The notes: a model not told the origin generated them from the sequence alone. A stretch of 64,000 nucleotides of DNA from an uncultured Gammaproteobacteria bacterium (GCA_964503265.1 CAZCYO010000002.1:194604-258603); one strand, 5' to 3'. Shown: positions 8,730 to 18,617, counted from the first letter of the stretch. Translations and numbers: made by a program.

Positions 8730-9680
8730 GTGTTACATAATAAGAAGGAGGTACTATTGCGTCAATCTGCTAGTGAGCTGCTTCTGGGAGTTATCCTAGG
8801 CGCAGCAGACACATCGCTTGTTCATGTAGGAAACCATGAAGGAACTACGGGCACGTTTGAGATCTTTGGAAATGGCATATATGGTGGGTACACCCCACTC
8901 GCCAGCACCGATGATTTCAACATCTTCGCCACACGTTTCCCGAGTGGACAGATGGGGCTGATGAAAATCAGTAAAACCCCTGAGGCCGTTACTCTCCTCC
9001 TCAAAGAGGAGAAAACGCTCCGCACACTACAAGCGATCTCAGCACAGATCGATGAGGACTCAATTCGGAAAGGAGGCAATGCCTTCTACTACGGATCGAT
9101 GTTTCCCCGAGTGCATGACTCATTCCATGAGACAGACGTCACGGTACTATTCCTGGGTTTCGACCCTAATACAATCGCATCGTATCGACAGTTCGTCCCG
9201 CTCTCCGTTCTAACGCACGAACGCCGAGTAGATATCCAGACCTCGGTCTGGATTCTCGGCAAAGCACTGAAATTGCTCGACTTCCTGCACTCCAACGGTT
9301 ACACCTTGGGATTCATCGATGGCACAAACATGTTCTTGGAGACAAGTCTCCATGGAGTGTTCATGCTCGATTTCTCAAGCGCTGATGCCGTGACTTCGCA
9401 AGAAGCCCAGCGTGCAGAAGTCATCACGCTCGCTCATATCGTTTGGGAAGCTGTCGGAGGAACTGATTCCTCAGATCCTCCCTTTGCTAACCAGCAGATG
9501 ACGAGTACTGACTTTACAGATTTCATAGCCTTCTTCAAGCATCTGACCAATGGGGTCAGTGCTATCGAAGCTCACAAAGCTCTCTACGAGCTGGCTGAGC
9601 GTATTTGGGGAAAGGGGGAAAAGAAAGCCTCAGGCAACTATGGCCGACCATTCCATCCGTACATAAGCTACCCTCGGTAG
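8730..9680 (+). CDS. Divergent protein-kinase-fold protein (atypical or pseudo-kinase), GC-rich island gene
   Basis: Kinase-like order of elements: Gly-rich FGNGIYGG; LMKISK (VAIK-like Lys); …FLHSNGYTLGFIDGTNMFLETSLHGVFMLDFSSA resembles the YLHSxxIIHRDLKPxNILL…DFG catalytic segment with HRD->LGF and DFG->DFS substitutions. Strong RBS aaggaggt at 8743-8750 suggests the true start may be TTG at 8756. Local GC is about 50-55%. Confidence 0.45.
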   Translation: MLHNKKEVLLRQSASELLLGVILGAADTSLVHVGNHEGTTGTFEIFGNGIYGGYTPLASTDDFNIFATRFPSGQMGLMKISKTPEAVTLLLKEEKTLRTLQAISAQIDEDSIRKGGNAFYYGSMFPRVHDSFHETDVTVLFLGFDPNTIASYRQFVPLSVLTHERRVDIQTSVWILGKALKLLDFLHSNGYTLGFIDGTNMFLETSLHGVFMLDFSSADAVTSQEAQRAEVITLAHIVWEAVGGTDSSDPPFANQQMTSTDFTDFIAFFKHLTNGVSAIEAHKALYELAERIWGKGEKKASGNYGRPFHPYISYPR

Positions 9681-9695
9681 CGAAAGAAGGAGAAC

Positions 9696-10892
9696 ATGGG
9701 AGATAAAAGTAAGGTAGCAGGGTATAACTCTGCTGTCTACCACGAAACCGTCGAACGAATCACGAGGCGAGGAGGAGACCTCCACGACGAAGGGCGTCAG
9801 CAGTATTCCCAAACTGGGCGACTGCATCCGTACGTTGACCTCAGCACAGGAGGCCCAAGGCGGTCAATCAATGCGCTGATTCAGCGCGAAGACAGTCTCT
9901 GGGTTCTCTCAAGTGGTGTGAAGCTCCACGTCATCTATTGGACAGATGGCACGGGATCGTTCAGGACCTTCATGCGAGGTGTCTTCCGAAGCATGGAAGA
10001 AATCTTCGGCTATCTCGAAGGACTACGCAGTCAGTATCACATCGATATCGCGTTCGGCGTCATCCAGGATGATGAAGATCCACATCCCCCTGCACAACTC
10101 AGCGAAGCTGAAGGAAACGAAACTATCGTGCAACATATCCCCAAACTCGTCGCAGACGGCGGCGGGGGTGATGATCCCGAAGAATACGATCTGGGCCTGG
10201 CGGCGCTAGCATGGCGAACGCAATCAGACATCAATCTTTTCTACGGCCTGCGCGGACTCTCCGTAATGGTCGGCGATCAGATTGGACGAGGATGGGTATC
10301 CGGACCCGGACAATCCTTCAGGGGAAACACCATTCCAAGCGTCTACAGGCGACTTGGTATCCGTCCAACGGAACTCGAAGGCGTCGGGTCACTTCCCACG
10401 CGTGAACTCATGCAACTGGTGCTGCAGAAGTGGCATTTCTATATGTTGCTCCTGCGGCATGACTACGACCGGTACATCACCAACTGGTGGAAGCAGATCG
10501 TCGGCCCCAGCCGCGTCATCGAAATCTTCGATGGAAGCCTCGTCACACCGACTTGGGCAGGGCTTGCGTACATCACAGAAACGGCTCAACCGAGCCGCGA
10601 TGGGCTCGATCATTTCCTCAATAGCCAGCAGAATAAACTGGTCGACAAGAGGACGGTCAGCCTCGTCTGGGATGCGCTGCAAGCCGCCGAAGAGAACTTC
10701 GGCGCTCAGACTCGTCTCCCGGGATATGCTGAACTTCCCAAGCCTGGCGATTTGTTTATCGATCGTCGTGACCCGTGGCCGATCGGTCACCGTCGCTTCA
10801 GCGAAAACCCTTCCCAGGTAGCCCTCCAGCCGAACGTTCAGCCAGTTGCCGCAAAACGGCGAAGTGGCATCGACTGGAAGAAGTTGAGCTAA
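9696..10892 (+). CDS. Hypothetical protein (GC-rich island), 398 aa
   Basis: RBS aaggag 9 nt upstream; Arg/Gly-rich with acidic patch DGGGGDDPEEYD; no recognisable motif. Stem-loop 10909-10941 follows the stop. Confidence 0.6.
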   Translation: MGDKSKVAGYNSAVYHETVERITRRGGDLHDEGRQQYSQTGRLHPYVDLSTGGPRRSINALIQREDSLWVLSSGVKLHVIYWTDGTGSFRTFMRGVFRSMEEIFGYLEGLRSQYHIDIAFGVIQDDEDPHPPAQLSEAEGNETIVQHIPKLVADGGGGDDPEEYDLGLAALAWRTQSDINLFYGLRGLSVMVGDQIGRGWVSGPGQSFRGNTIPSVYRRLGIRPTELEGVGSLPTRELMQLVLQKWHFYMLLLRHDYDRYITNWWKQIVGPSRVIEIFDGSLVTPTWAGLAYITETAQPSRDGLDHFLNSQQNKLVDKRTVSLVWDALQAAEENFGAQTRLPGYAELPKPGDLFIDRRDPWPIGHRRFSENPSQVALQPNVQPVAAKRRSGIDWKKLS

Positions 10893-10908
10893 TACTCTTC
10901 ACTTCACT

Positions 10909-10941
10909 CCGCGGGGCGGCAGAGAAATTCTCTGTCGTCCC
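10909..10941 (+). terminator. GC-rich stem-loop after GC-island gene B
   Basis: gcggggcggcagagaaattctctgtcgtcccgc (nested palindrome); weak T-tract. Confidence 0.4.
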
Positions 10942-11260
10942 GCTACCTATTCCGATCACATCGGAACTGATGAGTTCTAGAAAATATAACGCATTTTCAC
11001 AGAACGAAAGGTAAATAGACTTATAATATGTCTTAATGATATAATATAGGCTGTTAATTGCACATTAATAATGAGCGAAATAGTAATAGCTGTTCAATGC
11101 GAACAATCCTGTCACTATTTTTCTCTTCATACTATCGATATTTACTAGTATGACTGGTAGCTTCATGTCCCGAAATATTTTCGAGATAGCAAGCTATCAG
11201 TCATGACCTTATGACTGATTTTTCCCGTGGCTGGGAATGGTTCTCTCTCTATGAAAGGAG

Positions 11261-12119
11261 CATGCCTTCTATGGATGATGCATTGAAAGCCCGTCTAGTG
11301 GAACTCGGACTCAACGAGGAACAAGTCGGCAAGATGGCTGAGGCTGGCGCACAATCCGCACCGGATATGGCGCTCACCTCGGCCGAGGACATCGTCGCAA
11401 TTACCGGCATCGGCATTATCGCCGCCCGCCGCATTGCGCACGCATTCGCTCCGACGATCGAACCTACTCCGGCCCCACCCGCTGCCGTCGCTGCTACTCC
11501 GCTGCCAGCGGTCAACGTCACCGTCACGAACAACGACCCCGGCACCATGCGGGTTTCGGAGCTTTTGACAGCTGTTGCCCAAGGCGAGCGCGATCGCGAT
11601 TTCGTCCAAGCGCTCACCAAGAAGGTCGGCGCACGAAGGCGTGTCTATGTCCGCGACGAAAATGGTCGCCTCGACGTCGATGCAACGATGGATCTCATCA
11701 ATGAGGACATCCACATCGGCGAAGAACCGGCATTCTGGGGCAATCAGCCCACAGAAACACTCACTGAAGTGCTTGATGTTCAGCGGTTCAACGACCCGCT
11801 GACCGGCGAACCCATCACCCGCGGCAATCCGTGGTTGAAGCTTCCCATCGACGACATGGCAGCCGTTGCCTATGCGAAGATGAAGAACTTCCTCCGCGGC
11901 ACGGAAGATCCCTATACCATCGTCAACGAGGCCCAGTCGGGTAATTCCGAGCGGTGGACGCGCGTCCAGAATCTCTGGAAGCGCGGTCTGCGTAGCACCG
12001 ATCCCATGACACTCCAAGCTCGGGCGGCCATCTATCGCCGTTCCGGCGAAGGGATCACCACTCCACGCGAGGAGGTGTCGGCTACGGCCGGCCCGCGGTT
12101 TCGCTACGACAAGGAGTAG
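11261..12119 (+). CDS. Hypothetical protein with a helix-hairpin-helix-like motif (GC-rich island)
   Basis: ORF 11211..12119. RBS gaaaggagc precedes ATG at 11261 (MPSMDDALKAR…). …AEDIVAITGIGIIAARRIAHAF… resembles an HhH DNA-binding motif, followed by an Ala/Pro-rich linker. Confidence 0.55.
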
Positions 12120-12204
12120 TTTCTTCTCGGACTACCTTCGGGTAGCACGAGAATCTTCCAACGCAACACAGTTCGGAATCTGGCTCAGGGATCATGCGAG
12201 GGAA

Positions 12205-12510
12205 ATGACGAGTGCGATTTTTTCTCCAGAGAATATCTGGGAAGATCTCGCACCTGTACATGTCCTCGCACTTAGGGCCCTTGCACCTGAACGTGTGTTC
12301 ACCCCGGGAAACCGGGAAGAATATCTCAAGCGAGTAACTGACGATCAGACGTTACAACAGATCGCAGACGCGATCTTCAGTGACGATTTTGGATTCGTCC
12401 GTTCCCTTCCAAAGGAATTCCAGGACTTGGAAAATCTGCTGATCCAGCTCGTACAAATCGCGTACCGCGAAGGTATCCGCCCTGCGGATGCTCGCGTTAA
12501 GGCGATGTGA
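12205..12510 (+). CDS. Hypothetical small protein (GC-rich island), 101 aa
   Basis: Intact ORF with upstream gcgaggga; last gene of the GC-rich block. Nested GC-rich hairpin 12513-12572 follows. Confidence 0.5.
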   Translation: MTSAIFSPENIWEDLAPVHVLALRALAPERVFTPGNREEYLKRVTDDQTLQQIADAIFSDDFGFVRSLPKEFQDLENLLIQLVQIAYREGIRPADARVKAM

Positions 12511-12626
12511 GCTGAGAGCGTATCGATAGTATTACCGGGGAGCGGGGTCTCATCATGAGACGTCGCTCTCCACCCTATTCTGATGTGTATCAGGACTGAT
12601 GATTCCGAAAGGATGAAAGGGAATTT

Positions 12627-14099
12627 ATGAATAGAGAACTTGTCTCATTCGTCGGAATAGGAATCGGCGAAGAAGCAAAAGGTGCTGCTACAGAATGGGC
12701 CACAGGCGAAACACAAGCGCATACGGTTTGGCGGTCTGGTGGTTCCCAAGCAGGCCACAATATAGTCCGTTCAGATGGACGCGAACATACATTTAGCCAC
12801 TTTAGTACTGGCACATTTGACGGCGCCCGTACATACCTCAAACATATGGTGATAAACCCCGTCGACCTTTTTACTGAAGGAATTGCTCTGGAAGAAAAAG
12901 GCATTGATAATCCCTTTAAACGAATCGTTATCAGTAGTGACTGTCTCACCACCACTCCGTATCATAGTGCAATGAGTCGATTCCGTGAAATAATGCGTGG
13001 ACCAGATAAAAAAGGAACCATTGGCACAGGTGTCGGCGAAGCAGTCATTGATGCACAAGAACATCCAGATCTCGCAATCCGTGCGGGAGAATTTACCGGT
13101 GATAGAGAGGCACTGCTTAAAAAACTTGAGGCAACTCGAAGATATAAAATAGATCAGGTTACGAGATTTATTAGCCAAGAAGGTTTTAGTGAGCTTCCAC
13201 CTGAAGCGATTGCAGAACTGAGAGTATTAGGGAATGAAACACTTAAAGAAAAAATCGCTGACTCTTTTCAAGGTATTGGCCAAATAGTCAGAATCGTTGA
13301 TGATTCGTACCTGGATGAAATGCTTGAGACAGAAGGAACAATCGTTCACGAACCTTCACATGGAGCACTTCTCCATCCAAGAGATGGCTTCGTCCCACAC
13401 GTTACGCAAATAGATCCACTCGGAAAAGACGTTTTTCGTTCTTTAGGAGAACGATTTTATCGCGGCAATGTTCTTCGCATCGGAGTATCGAGGTGCTATA
13501 TGACCAGACATGGTGCTGGACCTCTGGTTTCTTATGACCAAACAATGACACGAAATATTCAAGATGTCCGTAATAATGCAAATCAAAACGCAAATGAATG
13601 GTTAGGCGAAGTAAGAAACGGGCCATATGATATCGTCGCGACAAAATATGCTATAGACATCGCAGGTGGACCAGAGATGTTTACGGGATTAAAAATAAGC
13701 CATCTCGATGAACTAGCAAAACAACAACAGTGGGAGGTTTGTGAAGGATACAACTATACAGGCACTGAAGAAGATCTTAGTGATTTTTTTGAAACAAATA
13801 ATACTGGCGACATCATCCGAATCAAACGCCATCCAGATGATGGAAGCGATAGGCATTATGACCATCAACGCAAACTCACAAAGCTCTTAAAAGAGTGTAA
13901 GCCTATTCTAAATACACTAAAACCGACAGAGGAAAAATCACTTGAAGATGTATTCATTGATTATGTCGAAGAACAGTTGGATGTTCCTGTGGTGGCTGTA
14001 GCAAGAGGTCCACGAAAAGAAGATCGAGAACTAAGACCTGGATGGGAAGAATTATTTATGAACGGAAAACATACGAGAAAAGAAGTAAGACTCGGATAA
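12627..14099 (+). CDS. Adenylosuccinate synthetase-like protein (PurA family), divergent and extended (490 aa)
   Basis: PurA-family blocks align: GIGEEAKGA (vs GDEGKGK), GGSQAGHN (vs GGHNAGHT), KKGTIGTGVGEAV (vs TTGRGIGPAY), HEPSHGALLH (vs FEGAQGTLLD), MTRHGAGPLVS (vs STRVGAGPFP). The P-loop is altered (Asp->Glu, Gly->Ala, second Lys->Ala) and the protein is about 60 aa longer than canonical PurA. Confidence 0.65.
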   Translation: MNRELVSFVGIGIGEEAKGAATEWATGETQAHTVWRSGGSQAGHNIVRSDGREHTFSHFSTGTFDGARTYLKHMVINPVDLFTEGIALEEKGIDNPFKRIVISSDCLTTTPYHSAMSRFREIMRGPDKKGTIGTGVGEAVIDAQEHPDLAIRAGEFTGDREALLKKLEATRRYKIDQVTRFISQEGFSELPPEAIAELRVLGNETLKEKIADSFQGIGQIVRIVDDSYLDEMLETEGTIVHEPSHGALLHPRDGFVPHVTQIDPLGKDVFRSLGERFYRGNVLRIGVSRCYMTRHGAGPLVSYDQTMTRNIQDVRNNANQNANEWLGEVRNGPYDIVATKYAIDIAGGPEMFTGLKISHLDELAKQQQWEVCEGYNYTGTEEDLSDFFETNNTGDIIRIKRHPDDGSDRHYDHQRKLTKLLKECKPILNTLKPTEEKSLEDVFIDYVEEQLDVPVVAVARGPRKEDRELRPGWEELFMNGKHTRKEVRLG

Positions 14100-14104
14100 G
14101 AATA

Positions 14105-16084
14105 TTATTTCACACCAAGATCTAGATCTGGTAAAAATACTCTACTGACAAATGTTTGTGTAGCCACTCTTCTATATCCTGGATCATAAAAAGATCCTTG
14201 ATGATCAATCAGTTCTCCCTCCTGTATTTTTTCATTGTTATCTGGATAAAACCGGGCATACCCTTTATGAAGTAACCGTGACTGTAACAGATCATTTTCG
14301 AGCTGACGGAGAAGGTGTCTTCGTACGTCATCTTTTTGATCACCCGAACGAGAAAGATCTACATATCGTACTAACAGATCATCTCGTACCTGCTGTAATT
14401 TCGCTAAGTCCCCTATCCATGCACCACCTAAAAACGAATGGATTTCTGTAAAACTAATAACAGGAATTCGATCCTTACTTTCAATTGGTTGACGGAAAAC
14501 GAGCTGACCATCCTTTTTGTCTAACCAGAATTCTTTAACTAACCCAAGATTCTTAATTTCTGGCAATTCATAGAGGGGTGTAATCACTTTATGTCTATCT
14601 TCCGCTTTTACTTCTGGTCTCACAAAGACTACCGTATCAAGGTCTGATGTAAGACCTGCGTATCCTTTCATTTGTGATCCACAGAGTAAAAATCCGGGAT
14701 AAAATGTGTGCGAAAGCGCTGGAGTATCTGTTAGTTTTGTCGCAGCTACGCTAAGAAGACTCGCTTGATTACTTTCAAGTGTAGTAAGATCAACAGGAAA
14801 AACCTGTTGGAGATCTGGAATAGGAATACCTAAGACTTCTCCCTTTTCTTGTTCTAACATCCCTTCACGAACAAAATAGTTAATACATCTACTTACCTCT
14901 TCTTTAATTTCGCTATCTCCCTCAGCAAAAAATGACACAAGTGTATCCCATGCAGCATCCGCAAAGGCAACACCCTGACCTTTATCAATTCGAGCATAGT
15001 CTTCCCCGAGCTTAAGAATCGTTCTAACGGCTAGTCTATTTACATCCTTACCAGCAAATAAACTCTCAAGGGCAAGTAATGTATCTAGACCCCCATCCGC
15101 GTTCATCATACATGATGCAATGTCTTGTGCTGTTTTATCAATCACATCATTGATTCGTACATCTTTTTCCCAACGAACTCGAGCTTCACTCATACTTTTT
15201 GCATACGAAGAGGTAATAGGATCATATGTTTCTTCAATCGTTCGCATAGTTTCATTGAACTGAGAAGTAACGTCACTGATCGAATGTGCTTGGAGCTCAT
15301 ATTTGGAGGCTATACTACTATGCAGTACCGTATCAATTACCTGATTATTCCGGCCCAATATTCCGACAAACTTCCAATCTTCCTCTTTTACATCACCATT
15401 CGCATACGCAACTCTGGTTCCTTCTGTTACTGCTTCTGCTAGTTCATCGTCATTACTAAGCCGCAGGACCTCAAGAATATCTTCCGAACGAAGTAATCCT
15501 TTCCGTAACGCAAACGGGATTACATGCCCAGCTTTTACTACCCATTTTGGTTCTCCCATCCCTGGTTCAAGAACATCTCCATCAACAAAATTTGCGCGCA
15601 CATCGGTCTCACAGAGTAATCTAACCCATGCATCTTTATATTTCTCGGCAAATTTCTGTTCGCTTTCCTCAAGTTCCTCTGAATCTTTTTTAACTCTTCG
15701 ATCTGGGAGGATTTGGGATGGGAGATATAAAATGAGGCGGGCGTTATTTTCATCTGTTTCAAGAAAATTAGTGAGTTGAGAGTAGACGGCTCTCGCACTG
15801 TCAGCGGAAACGAGCCCTGTATTCATCGCCTCAGATATATCCATTCTCGGATCTGGAATCGCTGCGAAAAGAGTGCCGAGTGAATCATATAATTCTCGTC
15901 TCTCTGCCGCCTCTTTGAGAAGTCGTGGGTGTTCTAGTACTGACTGAGGTAAATTATTTTCACTGCCATCTCCCGCATAAAAAAGATCCACCCCTATAGG
16001 GCGCTGAAATGTAATATGTGGTTCTGTTTCTTTTCTTTCAGAAATAGGCTGATTTTCGCGTAACATATGCCTGAATTGTAGCAA
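14105..16084 (-). CDS. Large hypothetical protein with C-terminal Pol-beta-superfamily nucleotidyltransferase motif
   Basis: 659 aa; …GSQMKGYAGLTSDLDTVVFV… (residue ~465) fits the GS-x(9-13)-DhD minimal NTase signature. ~440-aa N-terminal region unassigned; ~190 aa follow the NTase motif. Confidence 0.6.
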   Translation of the reverse strand: MLQFRHMLRENQPISERKETEPHITFQRPIGVDLFYAGDGSENNLPQSVLEHPRLLKEAAERRELYDSLGTLFAAIPDPRMDISEAMNTGLVSADSARAVYSQLTNFLETDENNARLILYLPSQILPDRRVKKDSEELEESEQKFAEKYKDAWVRLLCETDVRANFVDGDVLEPGMGEPKWVVKAGHVIPFALRKGLLRSEDILEVLRLSNDDELAEAVTEGTRVAYANGDVKEEDWKFVGILGRNNQVIDTVLHSSIASKYELQAHSISDVTSQFNETMRTIEETYDPITSSYAKSMSEARVRWEKDVRINDVIDKTAQDIASCMMNADGGLDTLLALESLFAGKDVNRLAVRTILKLGEDYARIDKGQGVAFADAAWDTLVSFFAEGDSEIKEEVSRCINYFVREGMLEQEKGEVLGIPIPDLQQVFPVDLTTLESNQASLLSVAATKLTDTPALSHTFYPGFLLCGSQMKGYAGLTSDLDTVVFVRPEVKAEDRHKVITPLYELPEIKNLGLVKEFWLDKKDGQLVFRQPIESKDRIPVISFTEIHSFLGGAWIGDLAKLQQVRDDLLVRYVDLSRSGDQKDDVRRHLLRQLENDLLQSRLLHKGYARFYPDNNEKIQEGELIDHQGSFYDPGYRRVATQTFVSRVFLPDLDLGVK

Positions 16085-16117
16085 AAAATGAAGATAAAAA
16101 CAAACTATAGGTTTATT

Positions 16118-16651
16118 TTACTTTTTATCTGGAACGAAGTAGAGAGCTTCTGAGTTCATACAATATCTTTTATATGTCGGGGATGGGCCGTCGTCAAAGA
16201 CGTGACCTAAGTGTCCCCCACATTTGTCTAAAACTTCAATTCTTTCCTGTCCAGGTACGCTGTCATCTTTTCTAAGGACGAGTGCTTCTTTAGAAATTGG
16301 GTCCCAGAAGCTCGGCCAGCCGGTTCCTGAATCGTACTTCTGCTCGGACCTAAACACTGGTTCGTCACAGCCCACACTATAGAATGTTCCTTTTCGATGT
16401 TCATCCAGGAGCGCCCCGGTAAATGGAATTTCTGTTCCCGCTTCACGCAGGATATGGTATTGGTCAGCTGTTAAGAGTGTTTTCCACTGCTCATCTGTTT
16501 TTACTTTCGCTTTATCGAAGCTTCCTGAGATGATAGAGGAAGAATCTGATGTAATAGTCGAAGGAGTGACGAGTTTCGTAGTATGAATCATCATCCAACC
16601 AAAGACGATTATGGCGATGACTAAGAAAGTAAAGAAAAGTTTTATGTTCAT
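16118..16651 (-). CDS. msrB: Peptide-methionine (R)-S-oxide reductase MsrB, exported or membrane-anchored form
   Basis: N-terminal hydrophobic anchor MNIKLFFTFLVIAIIVFGWMMI; catalytic RYCMNSEAL and GHLGHVF motifs; lacks the two zinc-binding CxxC pairs. Confidence 0.85.
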   Translation of the reverse strand: MNIKLFFTFLVIAIIVFGWMMIHTTKLVTPSTITSDSSSIISGSFDKAKVKTDEQWKTLLTADQYHILREAGTEIPFTGALLDEHRKGTFYSVGCDEPVFRSEQKYDSGTGWPSFWDPISKEALVLRKDDSVPGQERIEVLDKCGGHLGHVFDDGPSPTYKRYCMNSEALYFVPDKK

Positions 16652-16664
16652 AATGTAGTTACAT

Positions 16665-16746
16665 TGTCATTCCCGCGAAAGTCGCGATCCTTCGAAGGGG
16701 GACGGGAATCTTTTAAATAGATCCCCGATCTGGTCGGGGATGACAT
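16665..16746. repeat. Two adjacent family palindromes between the CcdA-Trx gene and msrB
   Basis: tgtcattcccgcgaaagtcgcg…cgggaatc and atccccgatctggtcggggatgacat. Confidence 0.75.
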
Positions 16747-16764
16747 ATTACTTTTTAGCTTAAA

Positions 16765-18531
16765 TCACCCAAACGTATAGGCGAATGCTTCTAGTCCGGG
16801 GGATTCGAAGATGAGTAATAATTTGTGTTGTTCTGTTTTTCCTCTCAAATCCACGATGTCGTAGAGGCGGTCAGAGTCGATAGTAATCATGCCATCTGTG
16901 ACATCGGCGCCAGACATGCTGCTATCGATCGTTTTCCCATCGAGTATTACTTTTACTTTACCCGTAGTAGCTGAACCTTTTTTAATCACTAAATAGACAT
17001 GTCCTGCATTAAACGTATAACTAATTGATGCGTTTTTTTTCGCTTCTGCATATTCTGGAGTTATATTCCATGTTCCGCCAAAAGCAAATGAGTTAACAGG
17101 GATAGCTGAGGGAGTTTCAAATGCTTGCTCGCCCTCATCTACTTTACCGTTTGGAAAAAGATAAAGCATTCTTTTGGCACCGAGATATGTTTCTGGTGAG
17201 ATTCGTGACACTGGTGTCTCGTCCGGCATGGACTGAATCTTCGTATCGACGTTCTGTCCTGCTTCTTTAAGAAGGTTTTGGATGGCGAGTTCCATCTGAT
17301 CATACTCCCCTTCTCCGAAATGTGTTCGACGGACAATTCCTTTCGCATCGATCAAGTATTCCGCAGGCCAGTACTGATTCGTATAAGCATTCCATGTCGC
17401 GTAATCGTTATCCTGTGCTACTGGATAGTGAATGTTGAATTTACTGATGGCAGACAGCACATTTGCAGTTTCTTTTTCGAACGCAAATTCTGGCGTGTGA
17501 ACACCAATCACAACGAATCCTGAGTCTTTATATTTGTCATACCAACTCGTCACGTGTGGGAGTGTTCGCACACAGTTAATACACGTATACGTCCAGAAAT
17601 CGACCAACACTACTTTCCCTTTTAAACTTTCAAGAGTGATAGGTTTACTTTCTGTCCCTGTTCCTGAGGGATTATTTAACCACTGAGTAATACCAGTAAA
17701 TTCTGGTGCAGGGACGTTCGCGTTAAATAGATCACGCGGATCTGTCGTGACGGTAAAGAGGCTTTCTGCGCCACCTTTAAGATTGGTAAGTTGTTTCGTC
17801 ACCACGTCACTCGTTTCAAAACCATTGAAAACTGCATCGAGTGCTGGGAAACGGTTAGCAAGTGCGAGCTGAAAATCCTGGACTTTATTTGTGTAAATAA
17901 GTACAGCAGTTAGAATCATCACGACGCCAAATGCTTGCTGGATTCGTCCTGTATAGGGAGAAAGTCTGCGTGAGTTTTTAAGGAATCTCTGTCCTGCATA
18001 GGCAAATACAAAGAGTGGAATACCTACTCCTGTCACGTACGCGAGTGTCACGAGAATTACTTGGAACGAAACCTGCCCTGTCGCAGCGAGTGTCGCGATA
18101 GCAGCTAATATAGGTCCAGCACACGGGCTCCAGACGAGTCCGAGTGAAAGACCTGTTACAAATCCAGCACCAAACCCACTTCCCTGCTCCTGACCTGATG
18201 TGCCGAAACGACTCGTGAGTCTACTAATTCCAATCTCCATAATTTTCGTAAATCCTGGCACGATCATCGCGACACCTAAGAGTGAAATAACGACCACAGC
18301 AAAAATACGAAGGATGTTCGGGTCTAAGTGAAGAAATTTGACAAGATACGAAACAGAAAGCGTGAAGATAGTAAAACTCGCCATGATACCAAGCGTTATG
18401 CCAAGTGGACGACGATGGCCGCCATTTCCGGCAATACTACTTGAAAGGATTATTGGCAATAAAGGCCAAATACATGGGGCGAGAATAGTGACAAGTCCTG
18501 ATAAGAATGCGAACCCAAGTAGTAAAATCAT
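16765..18531 (-). CDS. Fused CcdA/DsbD-type thiol-disulfide transporter + thioredoxin-like (TlpA/redoxin) domain + extra C-terminal domain
   Basis: N-terminal polytopic region with the two conserved Cys (LAPCIWPLLP…, …WSPCAGPIL…) as in CcdA. WTYTCINCVRTLPHV is a thioredoxin CxxC motif. 588 aa. Immediately upstream of the exported msrB in the same orientation. Confidence 0.8.
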   Translation of the reverse strand: MILLLGFAFLSGLVTILAPCIWPLLPIILSSSIAGNGGHRRPLGITLGIMASFTIFTLSVSYLVKFLHLDPNILRIFAVVVISLLGVAMIVPGFTKIMEIGISRLTSRFGTSGQEQGSGFGAGFVTGLSLGLVWSPCAGPILAAIATLAATGQVSFQVILVTLAYVTGVGIPLFVFAYAGQRFLKNSRRLSPYTGRIQQAFGVVMILTAVLIYTNKVQDFQLALANRFPALDAVFNGFETSDVVTKQLTNLKGGAESLFTVTTDPRDLFNANVPAPEFTGITQWLNNPSGTGTESKPITLESLKGKVVLVDFWTYTCINCVRTLPHVTSWYDKYKDSGFVVIGVHTPEFAFEKETANVLSAISKFNIHYPVAQDNDYATWNAYTNQYWPAEYLIDAKGIVRRTHFGEGEYDQMELAIQNLLKEAGQNVDTKIQSMPDETPVSRISPETYLGAKRMLYLFPNGKVDEGEQAFETPSAIPVNSFAFGGTWNITPEYAEAKKNASISYTFNAGHVYLVIKKGSATTGKVKVILDGKTIDSSMSGADVTDGMITIDSDRLYDIVDLRGKTEQHKLLLIFESPGLEAFAYTFG

Positions 18532-18570
18532 ATATTGTTTTAATTATTATTCTATACTAAATATTTCAGC

Positions 18571-18600
18571 CTGGATCCCAAATCAAGTTTGGGATGACAG
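18571..18600. repeat. Family palindrome (near-identical core to copy 1)
   Basis: ctggatcccaaatcaagtttgggatgacag vs copy 1 tgtcatcccaaatcaagtttgggatgacag. Confidence 0.8.
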
Positions 18601-18617
18601 TATGTATATATACTAGC

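Noticed and set aside
11295-12017. 240-aa minus-strand ORF (and others: 10282..10821, 10389..10790, 11249..11620, 10037..10234)
   Set aside because: They lie antisense inside the GC-rich plus-strand genes. High GC suppresses stop codons and generates long spurious ORFs; they have no RBS and low-complexity products.
12627-14099. Calling the PurA-like gene purZ (2-aminoadenine pathway)
   Set aside because: No datZ/mazZ-like partners or phage context are visible and I cannot verify substrate-determining residues by eye; kept as 'adenylosuccinate synthetase-like'.
8700-16100. Prophage or integrative element carrying the GC-rich island and PurA-like gene
   Set aside because: No integrase, terminase, capsid/portal, tRNA attachment site or flanking direct repeats are visible. 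The PurA-like and NTase genes have host-like AT-rich composition.
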